This document shows positions 38,465 through 45,113 of a stretch of 45,113 bases of DNA, in pieces. The first letter of the stretch is position 1, and the number at the start of each line of letters is the position of its first letter. Source of the stretch: a virus (taxonomy: Duplodnaviria; Caudoviricetes). Made by a program: the position numbers and the translations under genes. The notes beneath the pieces were generated by a model, which saw nothing but the letters and a program-made list of their open reading frames with translations, did no database searches and was not told the DNA's origin. The stretch is from the IMG/VR virus record IMGVR_UViG_3300030376_005384, positions 1 through 45,113 of that record. The stretch is one strand, 5' to 3'.

Positions 38465-39179
38465 CTTTGATTGCCTCCAGTTGCTCAGGACTAAAACCAG
38501 CCCATACAGTTAATTCTTCACGTTTTTTCTCTGTCTCAAATAAACCAGACATTTTAGCTAAAGCATCTAGACTTCTAAGCTTATCTTGGTCCCTTTCTGA
38601 AACATCTGCTATATCTTTGTATTTTTGTATAAGATACTCTGGTGTAACACCTTCTTCTTTTAAAACCAGAGCTATTTCTTCTTTAACCATTTGCATTACC
38701 TTCTTTTGTTGTAATAATTTGTTTGCTGCGTTTTTAATATACTGCTTGTCGTTGGCTTTTGGGTAAACACGACTGTAAGCTTCTTCCATATCTATCCCTG
38801 CCGCTACATATTTAGCAAACAATAGCTTTTTAGAGGATAATTTAGTTGAACGTATCTTTTTAATCGTATCATAACTACCTGAAAACGTATAAATATTCTC
38901 TGCAACGCCTTTTTCGCCTAATATCTTAGCATTTTTCTGTTTACAGACAAAACTACCACATATTGTGCGCACACACTTACGCTTTTCTTTGGAATTAGGG
39001 ACTGTAATGTAATATACCTTAAGTATTTGTACTACATGATGGTCGTCTGTATAAACCCAATCACCTTCATTTGATTCTCTCCAATCACTTTTAGGCGTTA
39101 AAGCGCCCTGAAAGGCACAAAACTCTTCATGGCTATCATAAAGCCTATGTTCTACACCTTTTATTTTTTTTAATTCCAT
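38424..39179 (-). CDS. terS: Terminase small subunit with N-terminal extension
   Basis: LSSKKLLFAKYV..EEAY..AANKLL HTH and KLRSLDALAKMSGLF; first late gene; probable start MELKK at 39179. Confidence 0.75.
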   Translation of the reverse strand: MELKKIKGVEHRLYDSHEEFCAFQGALTPKSDWRESNEGDWVYTDDHHVVQILKVYYITVPNSKEKRKCVRTICGSFVCKQKNAKILGEKGVAENIYTFSGSYDTIKKIRSTKLSSKKLLFAKYVAAGIDMEEAYSRVYPKANDKQYIKNAANKLLQQKKVMQMVKEEIALVLKEEGVTPEYLIQKYKDIADVSERDQDKLRSLDALAKMSGLFETEKKREELTVWAGFSPEQLEAIKGGKTEVLAHKEKE

Positions 39180-39185
39180 TAAAAT

Positions 39186-39237
39186 AATATACATTCAATT
39201 AATAATTATTGCATACAATATTTATTTGTATTAATAT
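39186..39237. promoter_or_regulatory. Back-to-back promoters sharing one -35 hexamer
   Basis: + strand TTGCAT(39209-14)-17-TAATAT(39232-37); - strand ATGCAA-17-TATATT(39191-86), 6 nt before the terS ATG. Confidence 0.6.
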
Positions 39238-39243
39238 TAGTGC

Positions 39244-39480
39244 GCTATATGGGTTGGCTAGACGCTTCTAGCATATAGTAATAGTAATTGACTACTAGAA
39301 GGGGATTAGTTACACAGTCAAAAGCAAGTCGAAGGTAATTGAGCTAGTAACAGAAAAGATTACTCTACCATAATGAACAGGCTCCGAAACAGCTATATGG
39401 GAATTGAGACTAATCTCTTTATTTATAATAGGGGGATTAGATAGTCTCTACCCAAAACTCACCAAAACAGCTATATTAAA
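39244..39480 (+). ncRNA. Candidate structured non-coding RNA divergent from terS
   Basis: Starts right after a promoter; four successive hairpins with G-U pairs valid on the + strand; no ORF. Confidence 0.55.
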
Positions 39481-39654
39481 CTATAGTAATAGAAAAAAAT
39501 AGAAAACTTTTAAAAATAATATTAGAATGGGTGTGAGTGTTGTTTTACCCAAGTACCCCCCCTATATGTGCCTGTGTACCACCTCGCATTTAGTTGAAAA
39601 TTCCATAAAAAGTATAACATTATAATAATTTAGACTAAAAATATTAACTCAATA

Positions 39655-39695
39655 GAAAAGAGAAGCCCCAACCTTTAACAGTCGGGGCTTTTTTT
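39655..39695. terminator. Bidirectional intrinsic terminator
   Basis: AAGCCCC/GGGGCTT stem plus T-run on +; 10-bp stem followed by CTCTTTTC on -. Confidence 0.8.
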
Positions 39696-39727
39696 GTGGG
39701 GTTAGTGTGGGCTTTGTATAGTGCGAA

Positions 39728-40042
39728 CTATGGAAGTCTGCTCAATATCTTACCGCTTACTTTATCTATTATCATATTGTCTGTGAACTCTGTAATAGTT
39801 TCGGGTGTTTGTACATACCATACCCAACCCTTCTGATATACTAAATAATTTAATCTGTAAACCTCTGATGCTTGATTCATTCTGCGTTTAGTAGTAGGTG
39901 TTAACCAACCGCCACTATTTAATATAACATATCTATCATTTATTACTTGTACTACTGCGGTATTATGAAATGTTACAATCAATCTTGACTGCTCATTATT
40001 AATTGGTACGTTACTTGTAGTTGTTCTATGTGTTCCTATCAT
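39728..40042 (-). CDS. Conserved-looking phage early protein
   Basis: VTFHNTAVV..ILNSGGWLTPTTKRRMNQ..VYQKGWVWYV; AAGGAG RBS. Confidence 0.85.
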   Translation of the reverse strand: MIGTHRTTTSNVPINNEQSRLIVTFHNTAVVQVINDRYVILNSGGWLTPTTKRRMNQASEVYRLNYLVYQKGWVWYVQTPETITEFTDNMIIDKVSGKILSRLP

Positions 40043-40090
40043 TTTATATACTCCTTTTTGTTATACTCTTGATTTATAAGTTATCTATTA

Positions 40091-40345
40091 TTACTTTATT
40101 GATTCTTTTAACATTTTAAGGCGTCCGATTGAATCATCATACGCACTTATACAACCGTTTATGTTTTCGATTTCCAAGTCAATATGATATACTTCAACAT
40201 CAATAACTTGTTGGTCGTATTGGTCAAATAACTCTTCATTATCCAACTCTTCACGTTTTTTATATTTACTTTTTAATAGATTTTGTAAAGCTTTTACATC
40301 ATCTCCTATTCTATTAATTACTGCTTGTAATTTTCTTCTATGCAT
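40091..40345 (-). CDS. Hypothetical coiled-coil protein
   Basis: ORF track; AAGGGAG RBS. Confidence 0.75.
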   Translation of the reverse strand: MHRRKLQAVINRIGDDVKALQNLLKSKYKKREELDNEELFDQYDQQVIDVEVYHIDLEIENINGCISAYDDSIGRLKMLKESIK

Positions 40346-40496
40346 TTTTTTCTCCCTTATCTAATTCTTTTAAAAGTTTGTCGACCCATTCTAAACCCTC
40401 AACAAAGCCTATATGTTCAGCTTCTTTAGGTACACCCGAATCTGATATATATTCATAAATTAAAAATCTAACATCTCTAACTGATTTAACTTTCAT
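40338..40496 (-). CDS. Hypothetical protein (52 aa)
   Basis: Read manually: MKVKSVRDVRFLIYEYISDSGVPKEAEHIGFVEGLEWVDK...; AGGAG RBS. Confidence 0.75.
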   Translation of the reverse strand: MKVKSVRDVRFLIYEYISDSGVPKEAEHIGFVEGLEWVDKLLKELDKGEKNA

Positions 40497-40529
40497 TTTT
40501 TTTATCTCCTATGTTATTTTAATTAGTTC

Positions 40530-40627
40530 GCAATAATAATATAATACATTTATATATATTTACATAAATATATTTATGTTGTTTATTATGTGTAATTAAT
40601 CTATATTTATATGTCTTTCGGGACATA
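40530..40627. promoter_or_regulatory. Divergent early promoter region
   Basis: + strand TTGTTT(40579)-17-TATATT(40602); perfect palindrome ACATAAATATATTTATGT 40562-40579; TATGTCT-TTCG-GGACATA hairpin 40610-40627. Confidence 0.65.
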
Positions 40628-40664
40628 ATTATTTGAAAAATAAAAAAACAGAAAGCGAGAAAAA

Positions 40665-41090
40665 ATGGAAAATAAAATAGTAAGACAATGCGTTCAGGGC
40701 TTAATTGATGATAGTAAAATGATTGACACATTATGTGAACAATTAGAGACTGAAAGAATAAATCTTGTACAAGTAGTTACTGATTTAGATAAAGGTGGAA
40801 TTGCATTTGATATTGATAAAGATATTAATAAGCTTATGAAAGCTTTAGCAAATGCAAACGACTCAGTGCAAGACGCAAGTATGTATGCAGATAACGCAAG
40901 AAGTGAAGCAGAAAACGCAAATGATAGTGCAGGATATGCAAGCGATTATATGGATGATGCACATACCGCTATGCGAGACATTGAAAAAGCAATAGATGAG
41001 AGTAAAACAGAAGAACGATACCAAGAAGATGTATCAGAAGAACAAAAAGAAATAGATAATAGCAACCAATACGAAGCTACAAATAACTAA
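40665..41090 (+). CDS. Acidic coiled-coil early protein
   Basis: ORF track; D/E/A-rich heptads; bounded by a promoter and a terminator. Confidence 0.85.
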   Translation: MENKIVRQCVQGLIDDSKMIDTLCEQLETERINLVQVVTDLDKGGIAFDIDKDINKLMKALANANDSVQDASMYADNARSEAENANDSAGYASDYMDDAHTAMRDIEKAIDESKTEERYQEDVSEEQKEIDNSNQYEATNN

Positions 41091-41103
41091 ATAAGAGAGG
41101 ACT

Positions 41104-41135
41104 AAACCCGTACATTAATTTGTGCGGGTTTTTTT
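41104..41135 (+). terminator. Intrinsic terminator
   Basis: AAACCCGTACA-TTAATT-TGTGCGGGTTT followed by a T-run. Confidence 0.85.
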
Positions 41136-41143
41136 ATATCAAT

Positions 41144-41254
41144 ATGAAGAACATTTTAAAAGAAATATATACTATAAGAAAAGAAAATAAAAAAATTAAA
41201 ACAAAGGAACTTGTAAAGATATTAGAAACAAAAAGTAAAAGGAAAGGGAAATAA
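41144..41254 (+). CDS. Possible basic 36-aa peptide
   Basis: Open frame MKNILKEIYTIRKENK... fills the gap; no SD. Confidence 0.35.
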   Translation: MKNILKEIYTIRKENKKIKTKELVKILETKSKRKGK

Positions 41255-41255
41255 T

Positions 41256-41522
41256 ATGATATTAGGAAATTTTGATAAATGGAAGATAGTAGAAGATAAA
41301 AGAACTTTAAAAGCAATGGAAAGAAGAAAACTTATAAGTCAATCAAAATATAGTGTATTTCCGCAAGTAGATGCGGATTTAAGTCAATTTGTATATAAAG
41401 ACAGAACATATTGGATAAAGTATTTTGAAGGCTCATTCTTTCCATTTGTAGTAACATTGACAGATGAGTATATACACTCAAATTGGAACAATCTAAAAAA
41501 GTATAAAGGGGAAGGAAAGTAA
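41256..41522 (+). CDS. Hypothetical early protein
   Basis: ORF track; KYFEGSFFPFV. Confidence 0.8.
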   Translation: MILGNFDKWKIVEDKRTLKAMERRKLISQSKYSVFPQVDADLSQFVYKDRTYWIKYFEGSFFPFVVTLTDEYIHSNWNNLKKYKGEGK

Positions 41523-41523
41523 T

Positions 41524-41760
41524 ATGAAAAAAGAGCTAAGAAAAAGAATAGTAGAAGAGGCGGAAGATTGCTTAAAAGGAAGAAAGAAAAATGGTGTAAA
41601 TATTAGTGAAGTAGACTTTTTGTGCGGTGTAGCACAGGCAATGGTATCAATGGAAAGACATAGCAAAGTAGAAGAAAAAGATGTTATGGGTTGCGTACCG
41701 CCAAGATGGATATTTAGTGCAATAAGAAGTGAATCAATATTTGAAGAAAGCGAGGTGTAA
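41524..41760 (+). CDS. Hypothetical early protein
   Basis: ORF track; EVDFLCG..VPPRWIF. Confidence 0.8.
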   Translation: MKKELRKRIVEEAEDCLKGRKKNGVNISEVDFLCGVAQAMVSMERHSKVEEKDVMGCVPPRWIFSAIRSESIFEESEV

Positions 41761-41761
41761 G

Positions 41762-41887
41762 TTGGAAAAGAAAGAAACAAAAAAAGATGTATTTGGATTT
41801 GAAAAAGCTATCAATTTTGAGGCTATAAATAATCTAAACATAGAAGACTTAAGGAAATTAGAAAAAGTCCTTAAAAACATAAAATAA
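41762..41887 (+). CDS. Hypothetical early protein (41 aa)
   Basis: Read manually: TTG start after GAGGTG; MEKKETKKDVFGFEKAINFEAINNLNIEDLRKLEKVLKNIK. Confidence 0.65.
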   Translation: MEKKETKKDVFGFEKAINFEAINNLNIEDLRKLEKVLKNIK

Positions 41888-41963
41888 TGTCGAAATACCT
41901 ACAATCTAAATTGTGGGTATATAGTACAGAGTGGTTATCTGTATTACTGATGAGACAAACCGC
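41888..41963 (+). ncRNA. Hammerhead ribozyme, type II, with pseudoknot
   Basis: TGTC-GAAA-stem III (TACCTACAAT/ATTGTGGGTA)-TA-stem I (TAGTACAGA/TCTGTATTA)-CTGATGA-GACA; loop GTGGTT pairs with 3' AACCGC; predicted cleavage after A41921. Confidence 0.95.
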
Positions 41964-41983
41964 AAAGGAAAAAGGAAAAGAAT

Positions 41984-42241
41984 ATGCTAAAGTGGAAAAA
42001 AGTAATAAATGGCGATTGTGCAACAGAATATAGATGTTCATATGGTTGTGGGCAAGATGCAACAGAAACGGATATATCAGAAACTCCATATGCAACATAT
42101 ATCTGTGGGGACATAGAATGTTGGAATAGTTTTTGTTTTGAATTTTGGTCTCCATTTGATGTAGAAGAGATTGAAGTAGAAGCTTGTGATGATTGTGAAG
42201 AAGAAATAGAAGAATGTTATTGTGAAAGTGAGGAAGAATAA
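41984..42241 (+). CDS. Cys-rich acidic early protein
   Basis: ORF track; about 10 Cys, E/D-rich tail. Confidence 0.8.
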   Translation: MLKWKKVINGDCATEYRCSYGCGQDATETDISETPYATYICGDIECWNSFCFEFWSPFDVEEIEVEACDDCEEEIEECYCESEEE

Positions 42242-42242
42242 T

Positions 42243-42407
42243 ATGGAAAAGAAAGAAATGTTAAACGCATTAGAAGAGACTATTGATTCATTAAATACAT
42301 ATTATGATTCAATAGATTACGCAGAGGGAAAAATAATAATTAATGATGCAATAGACACTATGAGGTCTGTGCAATGGGCAATTAATATCAAAATGGAGGA
42401 TAAGTAG
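42243..42407 (+). CDS. Hypothetical early protein
   Basis: ORF track (42222); GAGGA RBS favours ATG 42243. Confidence 0.75.
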   Translation: MEKKEMLNALEETIDSLNTYYDSIDYAEGKIIINDAIDTMRSVQWAINIKMEDK

Positions 42408-42710
42408 ATGAAATTAACAATAACTTTAAATGATTTTGAAAGTGCATTTCAAAGAATCGGAAGAGGCGAACAATTTTCATACGAGGGTTTACAAGTACTC
42501 TTTGAATATTTAGAACAATTAGAATCAGAAATGGGCGAAGAGATAGAATTTGATGTGATTGGTCTTTGTTGTGAATATACAGAATATGATAATTTTAAAA
42601 TATTCCAAGATGAGCATAGCCATATGGAATATAAATGTATTGAAGATGTTGAAAACGATACAATAGTAATACCAATTGACAAAGAATCATTTATTGTAAG
42701 CAATCTTTAG
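42408..42710 (+). CDS. Acidic conserved-looking phage early protein
   Basis: GRGEQFSYEGL..LFEYLE..EFDVIGLCCEYTEY; GGAGG RBS. Confidence 0.85.
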   Translation: MKLTITLNDFESAFQRIGRGEQFSYEGLQVLFEYLEQLESEMGEEIEFDVIGLCCEYTEYDNFKIFQDEHSHMEYKCIEDVENDTIVIPIDKESFIVSNL

Positions 42711-42718
42711 GGGGGAAT

Positions 42719-42979
42719 ATGGAATACTTATATCATTGTGCGGGTTGTCAGAAACCCGATAAAGATTATCCCAATAAAGAAAAAAGATGCGAGCATACTG
42801 GCGAATATTACACACCTATGTGTAGACCATTAGAATATCACAATTGGGCAAGAAATGATGCATACGGTATATATACGGGACTATACTGTGATAAGTGCTA
42901 CAAACATAACTACCCGTACAAAAAATACAGATACCACGATGAATCTTATTGTGGAGAGAGGATAGAGCCAAATGAGTAA
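42719..42979 (+). CDS. Cys/Tyr-rich hypothetical early protein
   Basis: ORF track; DAYGIYTGLYCDKC. Confidence 0.8.
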   Translation: MEYLYHCAGCQKPDKDYPNKEKRCEHTGEYYTPMCRPLEYHNWARNDAYGIYTGLYCDKCYKHNYPYKKYRYHDESYCGERIEPNE

Positions 42980-43193
42980 ATATAATAGTGAGATAGTTGG
43001 AAGGCAATACGAAATAAGAGAGTTAATAATAATTAACTTTATTGAATGGTATGCTTCTGAAGAAAAAGATAGAGAGCCATTAAGACAAGCAATGCGTTCA
43101 TATCTACAAGAAGAAATATGGATAGAATTAGAATCTATGCTATTAAAGCGAGTTGGTGAAATAACAGAAAGGTTAGAGTCAAATGAAAAATAA
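42972..43193 (+). CDS. Hypothetical early protein
   Basis: ORF track; GAGG RBS. Confidence 0.8.
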   Translation: MSKYNSEIVGRQYEIRELIIINFIEWYASEEKDREPLRQAMRSYLQEEIWIELESMLLKRVGEITERLESNEK

Positions 43194-43608
43194 AGAACTA
43201 ATATTTCATATGCCGAAAGAAAATAAAGAAGAACAAGAAGATTATCAGACCATTATGGATAATACAGATTGGTCAAAAATCTACGAGTATGAGCAACAGA
43301 TGCGTATATCAGAATACAAGAAAAGTGAAGCTTTAGATGATAGAGGAATACTAAATGATGTAGATTGGGATAGTGAGCCAAAGAAGTTAATCTATTCAAA
43401 TAAAATGTTATATGCGTTTGTATATCATGGAACAGATTATGGATTATGGGCAAAAAGGGCAACACAAACTATGGACACAAAAGATTGGACTGAAGTTACT
43501 TCATTACTTGATGTTCCTATGTTCTCATATCTTGAATTAAGAAAATATGCACAAGCAATAGGTTGGATAGAAGAAGACAATCATAATTGGTTAATAGAAG
43601 GGAAATAA
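43183..43608 (+). CDS. Hypothetical early protein
   Basis: ORF track. Confidence 0.8.
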   Translation: MKNKELIFHMPKENKEEQEDYQTIMDNTDWSKIYEYEQQMRISEYKKSEALDDRGILNDVDWDSEPKKLIYSNKMLYAFVYHGTDYGLWAKRATQTMDTKDWTEVTSLLDVPMFSYLELRKYAQAIGWIEEDNHNWLIEGK

Positions 43609-43611
43609 AAA

Positions 43612-43836
43612 ATGAAAAGAAGAAAGATAAAAATGAAAATAGCAAAATGTGGCGATACTATACCTAAACATTGGGAATGGTATGATGATTATGATAATTG
43701 GTGTGCAATATGTTACGAGCCAATTATAAAAGAAAAATATACTTGTTTATTATGTGCAGAAAATAGAGTTAAAGACGGATTATGGAAACAAGCAGAAATG
43801 AATGATAGAATGTATGGTTTAGGAGATGAACAATAA
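43612..43836 (+). CDS. Small Zn-finger-like early protein
   Basis: CAIC..CLLC. Confidence 0.7.
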   Translation: MKRRKIKMKIAKCGDTIPKHWEWYDDYDNWCAICYEPIIKEKYTCLLCAENRVKDGLWKQAEMNDRMYGLGDEQ

Positions 43837-43856
43837 TAACTAACAAGGAGAAATAA

Positions 43857-44192
43857 GTGAAAAAATACAGAGTACATCAAACAATATCAATTTTTGTAGA
43901 AGCAGAAAATGATATTGAAGCAAAAGAAAAAGCACTAACTGATGATAATTTAGACGGTTGGAATAAATGGGATATAGAAGAATGTGATGATATTATAGAC
44001 TTTTATCCACCAAAAATTAAAGGAGACCCTTTTACAAAGTTTGAAGAACTGTTAATTAGTGTAATAGATAATTTTATACTATGGAATACAACAGAATCAG
44101 ATAGAGGTATAGCAGAAGAATATATAGCCAATGAACACATTGATTATGATGATTGGTTAATAGAGTTTTTGAAAGAGAGGATAACAAAATGA
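43857..44192 (+). CDS. Early protein, long allele of 9..185
   Basis: First ~52 aa match 9..185; the extra C-terminal region begins at the AAGGAGA junction. Confidence 0.85.
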   Translation: MKKYRVHQTISIFVEAENDIEAKEKALTDDNLDGWNKWDIEECDDIIDFYPPKIKGDPFTKFEELLISVIDNFILWNTTESDRGIAEEYIANEHIDYDDWLIEFLKERITK

Positions 44193-44368
44193 AAACAACA
44201 GGCGAAAAAATGTCTGAACTCGTAGATGAGATGGACAAACATTTATTGTGGTACCATTGGATAATTAGATGTTCAGATGTAAAAGAAAGAGTAAAGTTTG
44301 ATAGCATGAATAAAAAGCAACAGCTTAAATTTTTAAAAGCAGAAGAAAGAAAAAGGAGAATAAAGTGA
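44189..44368 (+). CDS. Early protein, allele of 186..371
   Basis: MKTTGEKMSELVDEM...; start set by homology and GAGAGGA RBS. Confidence 0.85.
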   Translation: MKTTGEKMSELVDEMDKHLLWYHWIIRCSDVKERVKFDSMNKKQQLKFLKAEERKRRIK

Positions 44369-44559
44369 AGAATACAATAAAAAACAACACTAAAATTGAG
44401 ATGTTGTGTGAGTTAGCACATAATAGGGTATTAGAAGAATGTGAAACTAATCTAGCACTAGATGAAAATGGCGATTATACAATGGAAGGACAAGATTTAT
44501 TTGATGAATTTTATGATTATTATGAAAGTATAATTTTAACTTATTTAAAGGAGAAATAA
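44365..44559 (+). CDS. Acidic hypothetical early protein (allele B only)
   Basis: YTMEGQDLFDEFYDYYE; AAGGAG RBS. Confidence 0.8.
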   Translation: MKNTIKNNTKIEMLCELAHNRVLEECETNLALDENGDYTMEGQDLFDEFYDYYESIILTYLKEK

Positions 44560-44676
44560 ATGAGTGATATTACATTTGAAGTTATGTATGCAATAGATTT
44601 AATAATAACGATAATACTAAAGGTAGTAGGTATATTATGTCTAAGCCTTTGGATAGTACTAAGAAAAGGAGAATAA
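44560..44676 (+). CDS. Small membrane protein, 38 aa (allele B only)
   Basis: Read manually: MSDITFEVMYAIDLIITIILKVVGILCLSLWIVLRKGE; AAGGAG RBS. Confidence 0.65.
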   Translation: MSDITFEVMYAIDLIITIILKVVGILCLSLWIVLRKGE

Positions 44677-44677
44677 A

Positions 44678-44941
44678 GTGAAAAAAATAATGAGCGAAGA
44701 CGCAGAAGTTTTAACTATATATCTAGATGATAGTGATGAACGACCAACATTAAAAAAATTACAAGAATTTGTTGGTGGTTACATAGAAATAGTGTCATCA
44801 GTAGATATGAAGAAACAAGTTGTAGTAGATGAAGAGGGTTTAATAAAGGGTAAACCTTATAATGAAGATGCATCAGAAGAAGCAGGAATGAATTTAGTCG
44901 GTGATGCGGTAATATTAAGCGGAAATGCGAGGGTAGATTAA
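44678..44941 (+). CDS. DUF3846-like protein (allele B only)
   Basis: PTLKKLQEFVGGYIE..VVDEEGL..PYNEDAS..LVGDAVIL. Confidence 0.8.
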   Translation: MKKIMSEDAEVLTIYLDDSDERPTLKKLQEFVGGYIEIVSSVDMKKQVVVDEEGLIKGKPYNEDASEEAGMNLVGDAVILSGNARVD

Positions 44942-45113
44942 TGAGTATAAGTGAACTATCAGAATGGTTAAAAGATAACAATCTTGTAGCCTTAACAGGC
45001 ACTGATTTAGAACTTGTTAAAAATTATATAGATGATAAATGTATTCTTATAATACCAAAAGAATATTTTAACGAGGCTAATGCAGATTTAGCTTCATCAC
45101 ACATAGAAGAAGC
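44941..45113 (+). CDS. Partial allele of 361..552 (runs off the window)
   Basis: MSISELSEWLKDNNLVALTGTDLELVKNYIDDKCIL... Confidence 0.85.
   Translation, partial: MSISELSEWLKDNNLVALTGTDLELVKNYIDDKCILIIPKEYFNEANADLASSHIEE

Larger units (their letters stand above)
43849..45113 (+). repeat. Right copy (allele B) of imperfect end repeat; homologous to 1-533
   Basis: Same three genes as 1-533, plus a C-terminal extension and three extra genes. Confidence 0.95.

Noticed and set aside
39177-39204. dif-like string AATGTATATTATTTTAAT on the - strand
   Set aside because: Only the spacer and part of the XerD arm match, the XerC arm is absent, the region is very AT-rich, and it is explained as the terS -10 element.
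39404-39450. GAGACTA ... AGATAGTC resembles group I intron P7 (R/S elements)
   Set aside because: No P3 strand between them, no P4-P6 (P/Q) elements, and no interrupted gene; a simple hairpin explains it.

Overview
This window is an essentially complete, AT-rich (roughly 30% GC by eye) tailed-phage genome with a podovirus-like (P22/T7-type tail, ejection proteins) layout; many of its small proteins look like those of uncultured marine phages. The + strand carries a long train of small early genes (40665-45113, continuing at 1-1326). It then carries a replication/recombination operon (1437-7843): RHH regulator, Cas4-like nuclease, Sak-like annealase, SSB-like protein, HTH, Nmad1/DUF1599-like protein, HNH, DnaB helicase, RuvC-like resolvase and a PD-(D/E)XK-like protein. 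The - strand (39179 to 7824) carries TerS, lysis genes, TerL, portal, scaffold, major capsid, LamG fibres, tail proteins and five ejection/internal virion proteins. I recognised no DNA polymerase, primase, RNA polymerase, stand-alone integrase, tRNA or CRISPR array. The two ends are two diverged alleles of one early-gene block, with exact 55-nt and 77-nt anchors, most likely an assembly bubble on a circular map. Highlights: (1) an apparently circularly permuted tyrosine-recombinase module inside a 1229-aa putative ejection protein; (2) a canonical type II hammerhead ribozyme with pseudoknot in the early operon; (3) two unannotated structured RNA candidates (3761-3854, 39244-39480); (4) an origin-like repeat patch inside the Cas4-like gene. 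All protein calls come from motif recognition by eye, not database searches.
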